DNA from: Leucoraja erinacea
Taxonomy: Eukaryota
Assembly (NCBI RefSeq): GCF_028641065.1
Contig: NC_073390.1
Span: 32,550,001-32,614,000 of the forward strand
Direction: 5' to 3'
DNA: 64,000 bases
A model generated the notes under the pieces. It did no database searches. It saw nothing but the letters and a program-made list of their open reading frames with translations, and was not told where the DNA came from. Each line of letters begins with the position of its first letter. Position 1 is the first letter of the stretch. Below are positions 25,545-39,380 of this stretch, one piece after another. The position numbers and the translations under genes were made by a program.

Positions 25545-27358
25545 TGGGGTCCCACTGAGCCTTGCGGTACCCCACTAGTCACTGCCTGCCATTGTGAAAA
25601 GGACCCGTTTACTCCTACTCTTTGCCAGCCAGTTCTCTATCCACATCAATACTGAACCCCCAATGCCGTGTACTTTAAGTTTGTATACTAATCTCTTATG
25701 TGGGACCTTGTCGAAAGCCTTTTGGAAGTCCAGATACACCACATCCACTGTTCTCCAGCCTATATCCACGCTACTAGTTACATCCTCGAAAAATTCTATA
25801 AGATTCGTCAGACATGATTTACCTTTCGTAAATCCATGCTGACTTTGTCCAATGATTTCACCACTTTCCAAATGTGCTGCTATCCCATCTTTAATAACTG
25901 ACTCTAGCAGTTTCCCCACTACCGATGTTAGACTAACTGGTCTGTAATTCCCCGTTTTCTCTCTCCCTCCCTTCTTAAAAAGTGGGGTTACGTTTGCTAT
26001 CCGCCAATCCTTAGGAACTACTCCAGAATCTAAAGAGTTTTGAAAGATTGTTACTAATGCATCCACTATTTCTGGAGCTACTTCCTTAAGTACTCTGGGA
26101 TGCAGCCTATCTGGCCCTGGGGATTTATCAGCCTTTAATCCACTCAATTTACCCAACACCACTTCCCGGCTAACCTGGATTTCGCTCAATTCCTCCAACT
26201 CCTTTGACCTTTAAGTCCCCTGCTATTTCCGGCAAATTATTTATGTCTTCCTTAGTGAAGACGGAACCAAAGTAGTTATTCAATTGGTCCGCCATATCCT
26301 TGTTCCCCATGATCAACTCACCTGTTTCTGACTGCAAGGGACCTACATTTGTTTTAACTAATCTCTTTCTTTTCACATATCTATAAAAACTTTTGCAGTC
26401 AGTTTTTATGTTCCCTGCCAGTTTTCTTTCATAATCTATTTTTCCTTTCCTAATTAAGCCCTTTGTCCTCCTCTGCTGGTCTCTGAATTTCTCCCAGTCC
26501 TCCGGTATGCTGCTTTTTCTGGCTAATTTGTACGCACCATCCTTCGCTTTGATACTATCCCTGATTTCCCTTGTTATCCACGGATGTACTACCTTCCCTG
26601 ATTTATTCTTTTGCCAAACTGGGATGAACAATTTTTGTAGTTCATCCATGTAGTTTTTAAATGTCTTCCATTGCATATCCACCGTCAACCCTTTTAGAAT
26701 TAATTGCCAGTCAATCTTGGCCAATTCACGTCTCATACCCTCAAAGAAACCATTGTTTCTGAATTAACAATGTCACTCTCCATCCTAATGAAGAACTCAA
26801 CCATATTATGGTCACTCTTGCCCAAGGGGGCACGTACAACAAGATTGCTAACTAACACTTCCTCATTACTCAATACCCAGTCTAAAATAGCCTGCTCTCT
26901 CATTGGTTCCTCTACATGTTGATTTAGATAACTATCCCACATACATTCCAAGAAATCCTCTTCCTCAGCACCCCTGCCAATTTGATTCACCAAATCTATA
27001 TGTAGATTGAAGTCACCTATTATAACTGTTTTGCCTTTGTCGCACGCATTTCTAATTTCCTGTTTGATACCATCTCCAACTTTACTACTACTGTTAGGTG
27101 GCCTGTACACAACACCCACCAGCGTTTTCTGCCCCTTAGTGTTTCGCAGCTCTACCCATACCGATTCCACATCCCCCAAACTAATGTCCTTCCTTTCCAT
27201 TGCATTAATCTCCTCTCTAATCAGTAACGCTACCCCACCTTCTTTTCCTTTCTCTCTATCCCTCCTGAATATTGAATATCCCTGGATGTTCAGCTCCCAG
27301 CCTTGGTCACCCTGGAGCCATGTCTCTGTGATCCTAACTATATCATATTCATTAATAG
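25545..27358 (-). mobile_element. CR1 LINE ORF2 fragment (APE endonuclease and RT N-terminus), frameshifted
   Basis: VYRPPNS, IIGDFN and SDHNMV (endonuclease); KSPGPD, NYRPVSLTS, QHGFTKGKSCLTNL, DFQKAFDKVPH and GVPQGS (RT), split over four ORFs. Confidence 0.93.
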
Positions 27359-29476
27359 CTATTCATAGTCATATACTGGATAGATAAAGCTATCAAAGTT
27401 AGTGGATGATTTCCTTGGAAAACTAGTGTAGAAAAACTCACAGGGAGTTTGAAGTGGAAGGTTGGAGGAGATTTGTGTAAAATCATGAACCATTTAGATA
27501 CAGTAAATAAATAGAAACAACTCTTCATTGATGAGGCATTGTTAATCAGTGCACAAAGTCAAGATGATCAGTAAGAAGCTGACATGGGGAAACCAAAACA
27601 GTGTTAATCAGTGTTAGGATTTAGAAAGCACTGCCTGATAGTGCAATTGAGACAGATTCAATGGTGCCCTTCAAAACGTTTGGAGAAAGGAAAATCAAAG
27701 GGAGATGCGGGAGGAGGGGGAGAACAAGATTAAATAAGATTACACATTAAAAAAGCCAAAGACTCGAAATGCTAAATGGTCTTCTATTCTGGACAATTCA
27801 GATACCCACTAAACAAAGTCATGGCTTCCATGTTCATGTGTGACATACTTTAATATTGTTGTTTTACTATTATCTGGAACTGAAATTTAACACATGTGTT
27901 TCCTAACTTTGAATTATTGTTAGGAATCGTAAAAATATATATTTTGAAAATTGTCATCTGTAGCAAGCATTGTTATTCTTTCTCTTATTCGATACCGATA
28001 TAAAAGTACACAATAAATCCAATTAGTTCAGCAAAGTGGAAAAAGAATCATTGAAGCCTGGATCAATACCCAAACATGCAATTTGAAAATACCACTTGCT
28101 AGGCTAAAACAGGACATACTGCCCCGAGATTGAAATCTAACATTTTAAATTGAATAACTCATTATACATTAATAGAACATCAAAGTCTAGAGGTCCTATA
28201 TGCTTTCAGAACCACCAAATCAGCTACAGGAGAATAAAGTAATTCCACAGTGTCCCATCAAATATTTCAGATCATATAAAGTATTATGGTAATCTATCAA
28301 AATCCCTCCAGAAATAGTTCAGAAATTGTAAAGCTTAGACCTCAGTTAAGGTCTGAGCCTCAGTTTAGCTCCTTTAATCAGTCCTCAAATACTCCCATCA
28401 TAGTTGAACTTGGGGTTGATGCACTGTAAAGCCATTTCTATACTGCTTGATTAAACACTCCCAGGTCAGATCTGAAGTAATGCTCCTGTCGACTTTGTTG
28501 CATTGAATATCACAAGAGTAGGTGTAACAAAGATACCAAACTTAATTCTTTGTCAAAATTAACCATCTTTATATTAACCAACATTATATATTTAGGTACA
28601 TAGACATAGAAAATAGGTGCAGGAGTAGTCCAGTCGGTCCATCGGGCCAGCACCGCCACTCAATATGATCATGGCCGATCATCCAAAATCAGTACCCCAT
28701 TCCTGCTTTCTCCCCATATCCCTTGATTCCGTTAGCCCTAAGAGCTATATCAAGAGTCGAGTTATATTGTTACATGTCCCAGATAGAACAATGAAATTCT
28801 TACATGCTGCAGCAAAACAGAATATGTAAACAGTACACTGTAAACAATATGATAAATGAGAGAGAAAATAAAGGTACACACACTCACGTACAAGACTGGT
28901 ACATGAATAGGAGAGGTTTAGAGGGATATATAATGATGCAGAGTTTCTTGCCCAGAGTAGGTGAATCAAGGACCAGAGGTCATAGGTTTAAGATAAAGGG
29001 GAAAAGACCCAATATGTCACCCATTCCTTTCCCCCCAGAGATACTGCCTGCTACTCCATCTTTTTGTGCCTATCTATTCTCCCAATCATCTGTTTCTAGA
29101 TAACCCACCAGCTAACCCACAGTCTAGTCTCCGACCCGTCACTGTCCAACTATCTCATAGAGTCATTTAGCACAGAAACAGGCCCTTCAGCCCAACTTGC
29201 CCACGCCCACCAACATGCCCCAACATCACTAGTCCCACCTGCCCATGCTTTACCCATATCTCTCCACACCTTTCATATCCATGCAATATAAAGTACCACA
29301 TATATACCAAGTACCAATATAAAGTACCACATATATACCAAGTATACCTTAAATTTACAAAAATAAATTAAAAACATGCTAAGAGTCCCAGAAGGAAGCT
29401 TGAGATGTACATAGAAAATGCTGATGAGTCACATGGATGTAAACTAAAAACCATGAAGATGATTTGTCACACTTAC

Positions 29477-29572
29477 TTGAAGCAGGATTTGAGGTGAAGT
29501 ACTTAACCATAGTCCACTGCAATGAGGGAATTCTCCACAAACAGAACACTAATGCATTGACCGCTATTATCC
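29477..29572 (-). CDS. PARL: PARL exon 5
   Basis: 96 nt, AG/GT flanked; GIIAVNALVFCLWRIPSLQWTMVKYFTSNPAS. Confidence 0.96.
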
Positions 29573-29639
29573 CTGCAAAAGAACAGAACACAGGGGACAA
29601 AGAAAGACAGTTGGATTAAATTACATTTATATTAATGCT

Positions 29640-30350
29640 AGATGTCTGGCAGGTAAGCCGGATGAACTCGGCATGTTCAACTGGGACGTGATAGCCATTA
29701 CAGAAACTAAAGGAAGGGCAGGACTGAGAGCTTAATGTTCCAGGGTACAGATGCTACAGATGAAATACAGTTGGGGGGAGGGTAAAGGAAGAGCAGCAGT
29801 TGCATTAGTGATTAAAGAGAACAACATGGCATGAGTCCAAGATGACACTGCCGAAGGATTGTCCAATGAGGCTACTTGGGTAAAGCTGAGAAGTAAAAAT
29901 TAAATGATCAACTTATTGGGATTGGATCCTTAACTGGTCTACAGAGGGATCTTGGGGTCCAAGTCTATCGTTCCCTGAAGGTTCCAGCACAAGTAGACAG
30001 GGTGACAAATACGGTGTATGGTATGTTTGCCTTCATCGATCAAGCATTAAATCCAAGGGACAGGAAGGCACGATGCAGCTGTATAAAACTTTGGTTCGAC
30101 TGAATTTGGAGTATTGAATGCAGTTCTGGTCGCCCTATTAAAAGAAGGATGTGGAGGCTTGGAGAGCAAGTTTGCATAAGAGGTTTACCAGAATGCTGCC
30201 TGGATTAGAAGATTTTAGATAGGCATATGGATATGCAGGGAATGGAGGAATATGGATCACATGCAGGCAAAGGATAATACTTTAATTTAGCATTATGTTT
30301 GGCACAGACATTGTGGGTCGTTTGTGTGCCTATTCCTGTGCTGTACAGTT
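29640..30350 (+). mobile_element. Degenerate CR1 LINE pieces
   Basis: Endonuclease-like 5' piece (ATAGCCATTACAGAAAC) joined to an ORF2 C-terminal piece (CAGTTCTGGTCGCCC) and tail. Confidence 0.6.
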
Positions 30351-30497
30351 ATACACTTTTATACACAGTTATAAAATGATGTTCCATTATATCTTAAGCA
30401 CAGAGGTCCAAGACTGGAGCATCAAGAGATGAATTCTAGCGCAGTTAGATTAATCTGTCCCATCAATGAAATGGCCGAATTGTGGTTTTGGGTCATA

Positions 30498-30513
30498 CAG
30501 CGCCATCGTGTGG
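30498..30513 (-). promoter_or_regulatory. Candidate CTCF site in PARL intron 4
   Basis: CCACACGATGGCGCTG on the minus strand resembles the CTCF core; motif match only. Confidence 0.3.
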
Positions 30514-30943
30514 TAGCAAAGGTGTAATTGACGTAAGTTGATGTAATTTTCTGTCAACAGCAACCAAACCTTAAGTTAGAAATGAGATGGCAGCCAATGA
30601 ACATTCAGCTGAAAAGGAGGAACAATCACTGATATTCTGAAACCAAGCTACCAGTTGGCTCTGTACTTTAAGTTAGAGACATCTTTGCAGAGCAATTAAG
30701 AGTTCACACACTATTCTTCCAAATCCTTGATATAAGGAGATATTATCATGAATTAATGCAATTCTAAAGTAAATTGGTGCTGTTGTAAGGTGTATACAGT
30801 GGAAAATAAACTCTGGAAGCATGTTTAAGTATCATTGACTAGAAGGTTGAAGTGGCCAACTCTCCTGAGATAGAAAACTACCTCCTCAGTGTTCTTCAAC
30901 ACTTTCAGCCTTGCCACGTGCATCCAATGCATTTAACACAAAC

Positions 30944-30992
30944 CTGTGACAGTCCGTTGCCCCTCAGTAAGACTGTTCCACCACTGGTTCAC
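30944..30992 (-). CDS. PARL: PARL exon 4
   Basis: 49 nt, AG/GT flanked; VNQWWNSLTEGQRTVT. Confidence 0.95.
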
Positions 30993-32233
30993 CTGAAACA
31001 CATTAACAATTGCTTCTGATATAAATTAGAACATACAAGCATCATTGAAACCTGTCTGAACACCCTATCATTCTTAAACAGCTTTCCACCCTTTCAAAGC
31101 TCATTCTTGCAGTAAAGTAATTCTCAATGCTGATTCTTTATGCACAACAACTCTCTCAAAGTTCTCATTGAACTGCTCATATCCTAACCTGTTCAGTTTA
31201 ATTCATTTGCACTTCAACTCATCCAAAGAACTCAACTCTGCAACTTCTTTCAAATACAATTCTATCCGTAAAGAGACAAGAGATTGTAGATGCTGGAATC
31301 TTCAGCAAAACAACTGGGCAAACTCAACAGGTCATCTGTGGAAGGGCATTTTGGGTTGGGACCCGTTTTGAAACTCCTCCTTTATCCATTTCCCCCCCCA
31401 AAAATCCAGTTTACTTTATACACAAGGTAAATATCGACAAAGATCAAAAGGAGCGATTTAGAAAAATATATATTTTCCTCAAATATTAGCTTTAATTACC
31501 TTTTTCATATCATAATGTTACTTATTTTGTAAACTAGATCCCTTCCACCACTGCCAACCTCCAATTAAATGTATACAGAATAAAGCAAGTTTACATCTTG
31601 CACTCAAAATAAAATTTAAAAACCCTACAGATGCTGAAAATCCCAAATCAAACGACGTGTTGCGTAAATTCAACAAGTCTGGAGCAAAAGATAATGATTC
31701 GTCAAAGACCAGCTAATGATGAAGAATCTTCAAGCTGAAGCGTTAACTGTTTCTCTTTCCATTGGTGCTGCCTGGCCTACTGTTTTTCCAAAGTTTTTTG
31801 TTCAATGATATATAGTGCAGTTGATATCGATGTTGCTTTATTGTCATTTGTACCAAGATACAGCGAAAAAAAAAAGTATGTTATCACACAGGTAAGTCGT
31901 ATTATACACAGATTCATCAGTGCATAAGGGAAAATAAACAGTGTAGAACATAGTGTTATATCAGCAAAGGAAATGCATTTAAAACAAGTGCAAGGACTGC
32001 AATGAGATATATTAAAAGAATTGGCAAATCATCCTTAGCTTATGAGTGGTCCGTTCAAGTGTCTGATAACAGTAGAGAAGAAGCTGTTCTTGAATTTAGG
32101 GGTATATACTTTCAAGCATTTATATACTCTGCACAACAGGAAAGGATAGAAGAGAGTACTGCATCAGTGGTCGATTGTATTGGTTGCTTTTTCGAGGCAT
32201 GGCAAATGGTATAACAGCGATCTAAGTAAGTAA

Positions 32234-32763
32234 AGGGGCTGTCCCACCAGCATGCGATTGCATGCATTTAGCGCGACCAAACGCGGTGGCTTGAGGCGTA
32301 CAGCCTCGCGGGACCGGTCCCACTTACAACCGCGGAGCCGTCTGGAGTTGCGCAGGGCTGGTCCCGACATCATACTCACCGATTAGCTGGGCAGGAGGCG
32401 GGCCGACTGAATTTGGACGTTGCACGGCGTCGGGCTGTTACGTCATCACGCAACGGCACACTGGGCGGTGTTGTCATCGCACGTAAGGCGTCAAGACGCT
32501 GTGTACGGCGTCGCAACGCTGCGTATGGCATCGAGACGCTGCGTACGACCTCAATCCGGCTGCAGGCCAACAGGCCGTTGCCGCGCAGGATTTTTGGACA
32601 GTGTCAGTTTTTCGGAGCCCGGCGCGTTGTCGGGACCAGCCCCGTACAACTCCATACGGCTCCGACGATCGAAGTGTGACCGGCCCCGCGAGACGGTACG
32701 GCTCAAGCGACCACGTTAGGTCGCACTCACCGCATGCAGTCGCATGCTGGTGGGACAGGCCCT
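32234..32763. mobile_element. PIF/Harbinger-type MITE
   Basis: TIRs AGGGGCTGTCCCACCAGCATGCGA / TCGCATGCTGGTGGGACAGGCCCT; TAA TSD on both sides within a (TAAG)n tract; long internal palindrome. Confidence 0.85.
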
Positions 32764-35677
32764 TAAGTAAGTAAGTATATTGGCCAAGTATTCACATAAT
32801 CGATCAATTCTTATGTCTAAATGTGATCATCGATAAAATATGCCGCTGAAGTGATGACTTGGTAAGTGAGATGATGACTGAACTAAGATATTTAATAGTG
32901 GTACTTCTCATGAAGAATTTACATTAACATACGTCTGTTTTGTTTTCTTATTGTAATATGATGGAAATCAACTTTAAGGCAAATAGTACTGTTCTTATGT
33001 TCTTCACAAATGTCTTAAATCTAAATAAAGTCATTTACATAGAAAGGAGGTGCAAGCTAGCCAAGATACATTAAGACATTTCAAGGTATGGTGATAATTG
33101 AGCAATACACTAAAGAAATTTGAACATTCCCAGTCCAATTTTCTAGACTAATCCCAGAGGTAAGAAGGCTACAAGAATTTTATTGATAAAGGAAATTTCC
33201 ACAAGAAAAATGTGGCTAATTAAAGTGTGAAGGATAATTTTAGATTAAAAGGCACTTGTAAGGTGGTGATGATAAGGAGGTGGTAATGAGGAAAGTACTG
33301 AATATGAAAATTGGTTATTTAAAAACGGAACTAGCGAGAAACAAACAAAATGTAAGAGCTTCTATAAATTGCAAAGAATTAAAAAAGGCAAATGTGAAAT
33401 CCTCTCTGAAATAGGAAATAAAGTGATAAGAATAAATAATTACACTGATATATTAAACATATTTTGTATCCCTCATTGCAGGGGGGGTGCACAAACATTC
33501 CAAATATAGTTGAAAATTAATAGGCTCATACGACTAAGGAACTTAAAATAATTAAAGTAAATAAATACTGGAGAAATTAATTTAAAAAAAATTTAAATCT
33601 CTTGATTTGTTAATCTAATGCCCACAATGCAAAGCAAGAAGTTTTAGAAGGCTCGAGGTAGTGGATGATTTGATTGGGATGTACCAAGTAGCACCATTAG
33701 ACTTTCAAAAAACATTTGTCCAAGGTTATTAAATGAGATAAAATCTCGTGTGGTTAGAGACAGTATTTCATAATGCACTAATTACCAGCCTGAAACAGCG
33801 TAGAATAAATTGATAGTTTAAGTGGGATACTGCAAGGATCAGTGTTTGAATTAAATGAGAAGATTGAAGATACTATACTGAAGTGCTTATGACAAATAAC
33901 GCTGGGTCTAATATGTGCCAGTGGACCAGGCAGTGCCAGTGGGTAATAATATGGATGGGACGTTATTAACAGAGTGTGATATTTTTTAACTGGTGCACCC
34001 ATAGTTGGAATCTGCAGTCAATCAGAAAGGCAATTGACATGTTGATCTTTATTGTAAGAGTGTTGGAATACAAGAATAAGGATAATTTACTACAAATATA
34101 TGTTGAAAGCATACTTGGAGGACATTTTGGGGAGGATATACTTGCCTTTTTTTAGATCGATCCCTGTGATCAGAGAGCTATAACGAAAGACCAAACATAT
34201 TATCTGGAGTTTAAAATAAAAGGAATTTATCATTTTGAAATGGAGTTTCAAGGGCATGACAGGGTGGATACCAACACGTTGCACCCTTTGGCTAACGAAT
34301 ACAGAACTACAGGGCACAATCTCAGGAAAAGAGGTTGCACATTTAATACAGCGCCGAAACAGGCTCTCCAGTCGAACTCACCTATGCCAAACAGGTGTTT
34401 TAGTGAGTTGCGAATCATTAGCTAACTCGCAGGGCTGCAGAGATTTTGTCACATTTCATCCAAGGTTGAGGTTGATAATTTGGGGGGGATTTGGTGGAAT
34501 CCAGGGATTATAGAAATTGGTGCAGGGAAATGTAGTTGAGATGGTCAAATAGAGAACAAACCTAAGGAGTCATTAGGCTTGGATACAAATTCTAAAATCT
34601 AGAGTAAAATCAAAGTACTGGAAGAACTCAGTGGGTCAGGCAACATATGTGGAAGTGAAAGGTGAGGTGATGTTTTGGGTCAGGATCCTTCTCCCGTCTG
34701 AATCATTGTCTGTCTTTTACCTCCTCAGATGCTGCCTGGCCCACGGAGTTCCACCAGCACTTTGTTTTTTAAGACAAATTGCTTTCTCCTGCTCTAATGT
34801 TCAGTATGTTCAGCTACTAAGGTTCCAGAATTGCCTCTCAAAACATATCCACATGCTTTTTTTTCCTGGTTGAAAATACCTTAGAATTGACCTCAAATTG
34901 CCCAAAGATTTCTTAGTGGCCTATTGCCAGATTTTGTTTGTTTTTTTGCCATGAGCATTAGGTACTACAAAAATATTTGTTGGTGTTTTTATATAAATTA
35001 ATTCATTGGACATGAGCATTACTGACAGAAACTACATTTATTGCTCATCACTGACAATTTATAAACTAAGTGGCTTTGCATTGCAGGTAAATGACAACAT
35101 TAGTACAAACCTGAAGTCACATATAAGCAAATTGCAGAAAGGTATTAGATTTCCTTCCTTAAAGTAAACCTGATGGATTTTTATAACCAAGAATCATTCT
35201 GGTACTAGCATTTGATTTCAGATTACTTTAATTATCTAACTTTCCACTCTCACACGATTATGGAATGTTTATACATATTTATTAAAATATATTGATTAAT
35301 ATTATTAGAACCATGTGATGCCTCCCAATGAAACAAACTCCTTGAACTTGCAGGCTGTAATTTTCTAACTTGACTCAATATGTCGTGTTGATGCACTTCT
35401 CATTTATTCAGCAGAATGCCAATAAAGTGATATCTTGACATTTCTTCAAAAAGTAGTCACCAGTCTATTGCCCACCAGTATTGTTCAAAAGTTACGATGA
35501 CCAATTTAGTGGCGTGCCAAGGAACACGACAGCATTAACCTGTCTTCTCTGATAATGATTCTGCAACCAGCTCATCCTTGCATATTCAGGAAATAAAATA
35601 TGGTAAGTAAACATGGATCAGTAGCATGCAATTTAAAAGTAGAGAAAAAATAAAGACTGCACACAGTGAAAATTTAC

Positions 35678-35818
35678 CTGCTTTCTGATGTCTCCCGCTT
35701 TAGGTGGTTGATGTTTTTCCAACCAATCCAAGCGCAAGTCGTTGAAGTAGCTTTGAACTCTGGATTTGAGTGTTTCATATTGCCAAATGGCTGCCATGCC
35801 AAATGAGGTTCCTGTGAA
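35678..35818 (-). CDS. PARL: PARL exon 3
   Basis: 141 nt, AG/GT flanked; FTGTSFGMAAIWQYETLKSRVQSYFNDLRLDWLEKHQPPKAGDIRKQ. Confidence 0.96.
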
Positions 35819-36989
35819 CTACATAAACAAATGCTCAGCGTCCATCTGAAAACTGAATTTGGCATATAACACTATTAACCATTAAGCAAATGATCTCTCT
35901 CATTAGGTGCAATGTTGATAATGCCCAATGAAATATAATCTACAGAGCAATCCACTAAGAAAAAGATCCATGTTGATGAAATCTGACAAGAGGGAAGAAA
36001 AATGGACTAGCAAATTGTACGCATGTGGGTGTGTGCACGTATGTATGCACGTGCATAATCGTTAAAGCAAGTGGTTGTGCCTGGAAGTTTTAACCTGTAC
36101 ACCCGAATCGAAACCACCACTAGCTTCTGGGGAACAATATCTGCATTCTCAAATAACTGTATACTGTTTCCTGTCTTTTAGCCAACCTCTTCTCTCTCCA
36201 GCTACTGATCTCGTCTCCGTCTGAGATCAGCAAGGTCTGCACAGGCAGTGAATCAAGGACCAGGAAAAAACATATTTAAAATTGTGAGCAAAAGATGCAA
36301 GCCCTCCCCCCCTCCTCCTCCCCACCCTCCCTCTCCTTCTCCACCCCTGGTGAGGAAATTAACTTATTTATAAGAGAGTGACTATCTTTCAAAACTCAGA
36401 GATGATGAGAATATAATTGACCATGATTTTCAAGGGGGAATTGGATAGGCCCTCAAGGAATAGCAACCAAATGAGACCAAGATTGCTTCACAGGGAGAGT
36501 ATATAGACTAGAGGTTGGAAAATGTCTTCATATTTGGCTACCTACTAAAAATCAACTATTCTAGATTTGCTCTGTGATGGCAAGCAAATTATGATAGTGT
36601 CAAATAGGTCTAAAAGCAAATATCTGCAAAAACCATTACATTTCTGCAAAACTAGCAAATCTCTGCAAAAAACATCATTAAACTCATAAAGTTGCCGCAG
36701 GATATTTCCTGCGGCAACTTTATATTTAACTTCCAGCAAATTTCAAGCAGGACTGTAGTAATCTTCAGAACTAGTGGAGAAGCTGCCTAAGCATTTGTTG
36801 ATATGTTCCCCAAAGTATTTGAGAGGATGCGTTTTACTCAACATCCACAAGACAACAGTCCCTCCACAAAACTTGCTGCATTGCATTTCATTGCTCTCTG
36901 ACAATAAAGGTTCAAGCAAGACCCAGAAAAATGTGGATCACTTCCCACATATCAGTAAAGACAGACTCAATAATGTACAGCATTACCTT

Positions 36990-37408
36990 ATAGATATAGA
37001 TAGATATGCCATTTATTGTCACTATACATGTACAGTGAAATTGAAAGCTGCTCGTACTCGGTGCATACATATAATTTTAGTACAAAAACAGAAAACAAAA
37101 AACAGAAGGGGGGGGGGGGGGGGGATTGGTGCACAATTCTGTGGCGCTATATACATATATACAGATGGAAGTCCGGGTGTTGGGCTGTGAAGTCAGTGCA
37201 TGTGTGAATTTGAATTAAGAGTAGTTATAATTTTCGGAAAGCAACTATTTCTGAGTCTATTTGTCCTGGATTTGATGCACCTATAGCGCCTTCCAGAGGG
37301 CAGCAGGTCGAACAGTCCAAACGCAGGATGGGAGCTGTCTTTGATGATCTTCTTTGCCCTGCTAAGGCAGCGGGAGGTGTAGATATCCATCAGGGAGGGG
37401 AGAGGGCA
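36990..37408 (-). mobile_element. Rex1/Babar-type LINE 3' fragment
   Basis: IIKDSSHPAFGLFDLLPSGRRYRCIKSRTNRLRNSCFP, the Rex1-type C-terminus, plus tail. Confidence 0.75.
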
Positions 37409-37770
37409 TATGTGCCAGAACATATTCTGATTTAATGAGAATGGTACTTGAACATTCTATGTGGCCTCCAATATATTTCTAAGAATTGAACTATCTATAA
37501 GAGGCACCAACCACAAGCCACTAATGTTACCACCAATGCAGACTCTGCAAGATAATGCAAATTCACTGGAATGATAAGCAAACCAACGTCAGTATCCACT
37601 CCCAGGCCAACATGCCGAGCAAAGAAGCCTCAATTATTCAGTTGGCTGTATTCGGCAAATCACCTCATTCACGTAACATCCAAATAAGACACTATATTTT
37701 AAAAGGTACACAGAAAATGCTGGAGAAACTCAGCGGGTGCAGCAGCATCTATGGAGCGAAGGAAATAGGC

Positions 37771-37798
37771 AACGTTTCGGGCCGAAACCCTTCTTCAG
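37771..37798 (-). ncRNA. Minimal hammerhead ribozyme-like motif
   Basis: CUGAAGA-A-GGG(UUUCGG)CCC-GAAA-C-GUU; stem I is weak. Confidence 0.45.
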
Positions 37799-37826
37799 AC
37801 TGAGGTTCTCTGCTGAGGTTCTCAGT

Positions 37827-37854
37827 CTGAAGAAGGGTTTTGGCCCGAAACGTC
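37827..37854 (+). ncRNA. Minimal hammerhead ribozyme-like motif
   Basis: CUGAAGA-A-GGG(UUUUGG)CCC-GAAA-C-GUC; stem I is weak. Confidence 0.45.
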
Positions 37855-39157
37855 GCCTATTTCCTTCGCTCCATAGATGCTGCTGCACACGCTGAGTTTC
37901 TCCAACATTTTTGTGTACCTTCGATCTTCCAGCATCTGCAGTTCCTCGTGAACACTATATTTTAAGCTCTGTTATGGGAAATGATCATGATAAAGGACTA
38001 GATTCATGATAAAATGATAAAGGACAAGATTCAAGGCTGTCTCAAAGCCTACTGAAGATATGGTATCCCCGCTGAGTCCTGGGAATCTCTGCTGATAAAT
38101 ACTCAAAATGGAGGAGGACCATACTGGGAAATTATGGGAAGAAAATACTGCTGAGAAGCTACTGGCCCTGAACAATAATAAATACCTAGGACCTGATAAA
38201 TACCAACATCCCAGAGTTTTGAAAGATATGGCCATGGAAATAGTGGATGCTCTGACAATTATCTTTCAAAATACTTTGGATCGTGGAATGGCTTGCTACA
38301 GATTGGAGGATTGCTAATGCGACTCCACTATTTCAGAAAAGAGTGGTTCAGATGAAATTAAGTGTGATGTATCTGTTTACTCTCAGCACGGAGCTTGCAC
38401 ATGACTACATTTCTGGTTTCCTCACAATAATCAGACATACTGGTAGATTAATTAGCTACTGTGAATTACCGTTTAATGTAGCTAAATGGCAAATAAACCA
38501 ATTGATCGTCACGTAAGGGTTTTTTTGCAGGGATATGGGGTGGGGGTGTGAGCAAAGCAGTGCGGAGATAATGGAACTGTGCTCTGTTGGGAAGTAGTGG
38601 ATCTGAAAAGCTAAATTACTTTCTTCTAATGCTCAAGCACTAACAAATCTATGAAAAAAGTTTGCAATCAAAAGAATGACAAGAGCACGTAATGCACTGA
38701 CCGAACATTTTGATTAAAGATCCCACAGAGAGATGTAAAAGTAAATGAGACCACAGCGAACTGAGACTACAGAGATATTGCTGCCTTAGCAAACAACATT
38801 TTGGAACAGGTTCATTCGGCTCAGTGTGCTGACCAGTAATCTTTTTAATATGAACCTCATAATCTAAGGCTATCATCGAGATCCTGGCCTCTGTTCAGTA
38901 ACAGTCTGCATAAGAATGATGGGAAAGACAGATCACCAATCAACTTATGGCCTGCTGACGTGAACTGTGCAGAAACATGACTGAAAGATAGCTGGTCCCA
39001 TGGAACACTACCTCAGCAACTCAGATTCAGATTCAAACTTTATTGTCTTTGTGCAGTGTACAGTACAGAGACAACAAAATGCAGTAGAGGCAACAAAAGC
39101 TATTGGCATGTTTGAGAAATGATGTAGCAGTTTCATGTTAAATCAACGTTGACTTAC

Positions 39158-39380
39158 CCCTACAGTAAACACAAAGGGTTTGACGAGCCGCCTGAATGAC
39201 AATGATGCTGAATTTGATAGGACAGGCTCTTCCAGCATTGGTGTCAGGCTGTTTTTGCTTGTCTGATTCACACTTGACGCCATATCATTCTGAACCATTT
39301 TCTCTGTTTCCACTTTCTGAGGTTCAATTTTTTTTGGTGTCTTTCTAAACCCCCGTCTAGATACAGTGTCAAAAATTAAC
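39158..39380 (-). CDS. PARL: PARL exon 2
   Basis: 223 nt, AG/GT flanked, phase matches exons 1 and 3; RLIFDTVSRRGFRKTPKKIEP...RRLVKPFVFTVG. Confidence 0.93.

Larger units (their letters stand above)
37703..37951. mobile_element. Penelope pLTR-derived palindromic element in PARL intron 2
   Basis: About 100-bp inverted arms (37703-37804 and 37821-37921); 14-bp TSD ACACTATATTTTAA (37689-37702 and 37952-37965). Confidence 0.85.

Noticed and set aside
29284-29344. 31-bp tandem duplication near PARL exon 5
   Set aside because: Simple intronic slippage that does not affect the splice site.
32376-32719. Arg-rich ORFs (also 51001-51410)
   Set aside because: They lie within palindromic GC-rich MITEs.
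37703-37951. Palindromic repeats as a CRISPR array or miRNA gene
   Set aside because: Eukaryotic dispersed repeats with TSDs and no repeat-spacer periodicity; explained by the Penelope pLTR.
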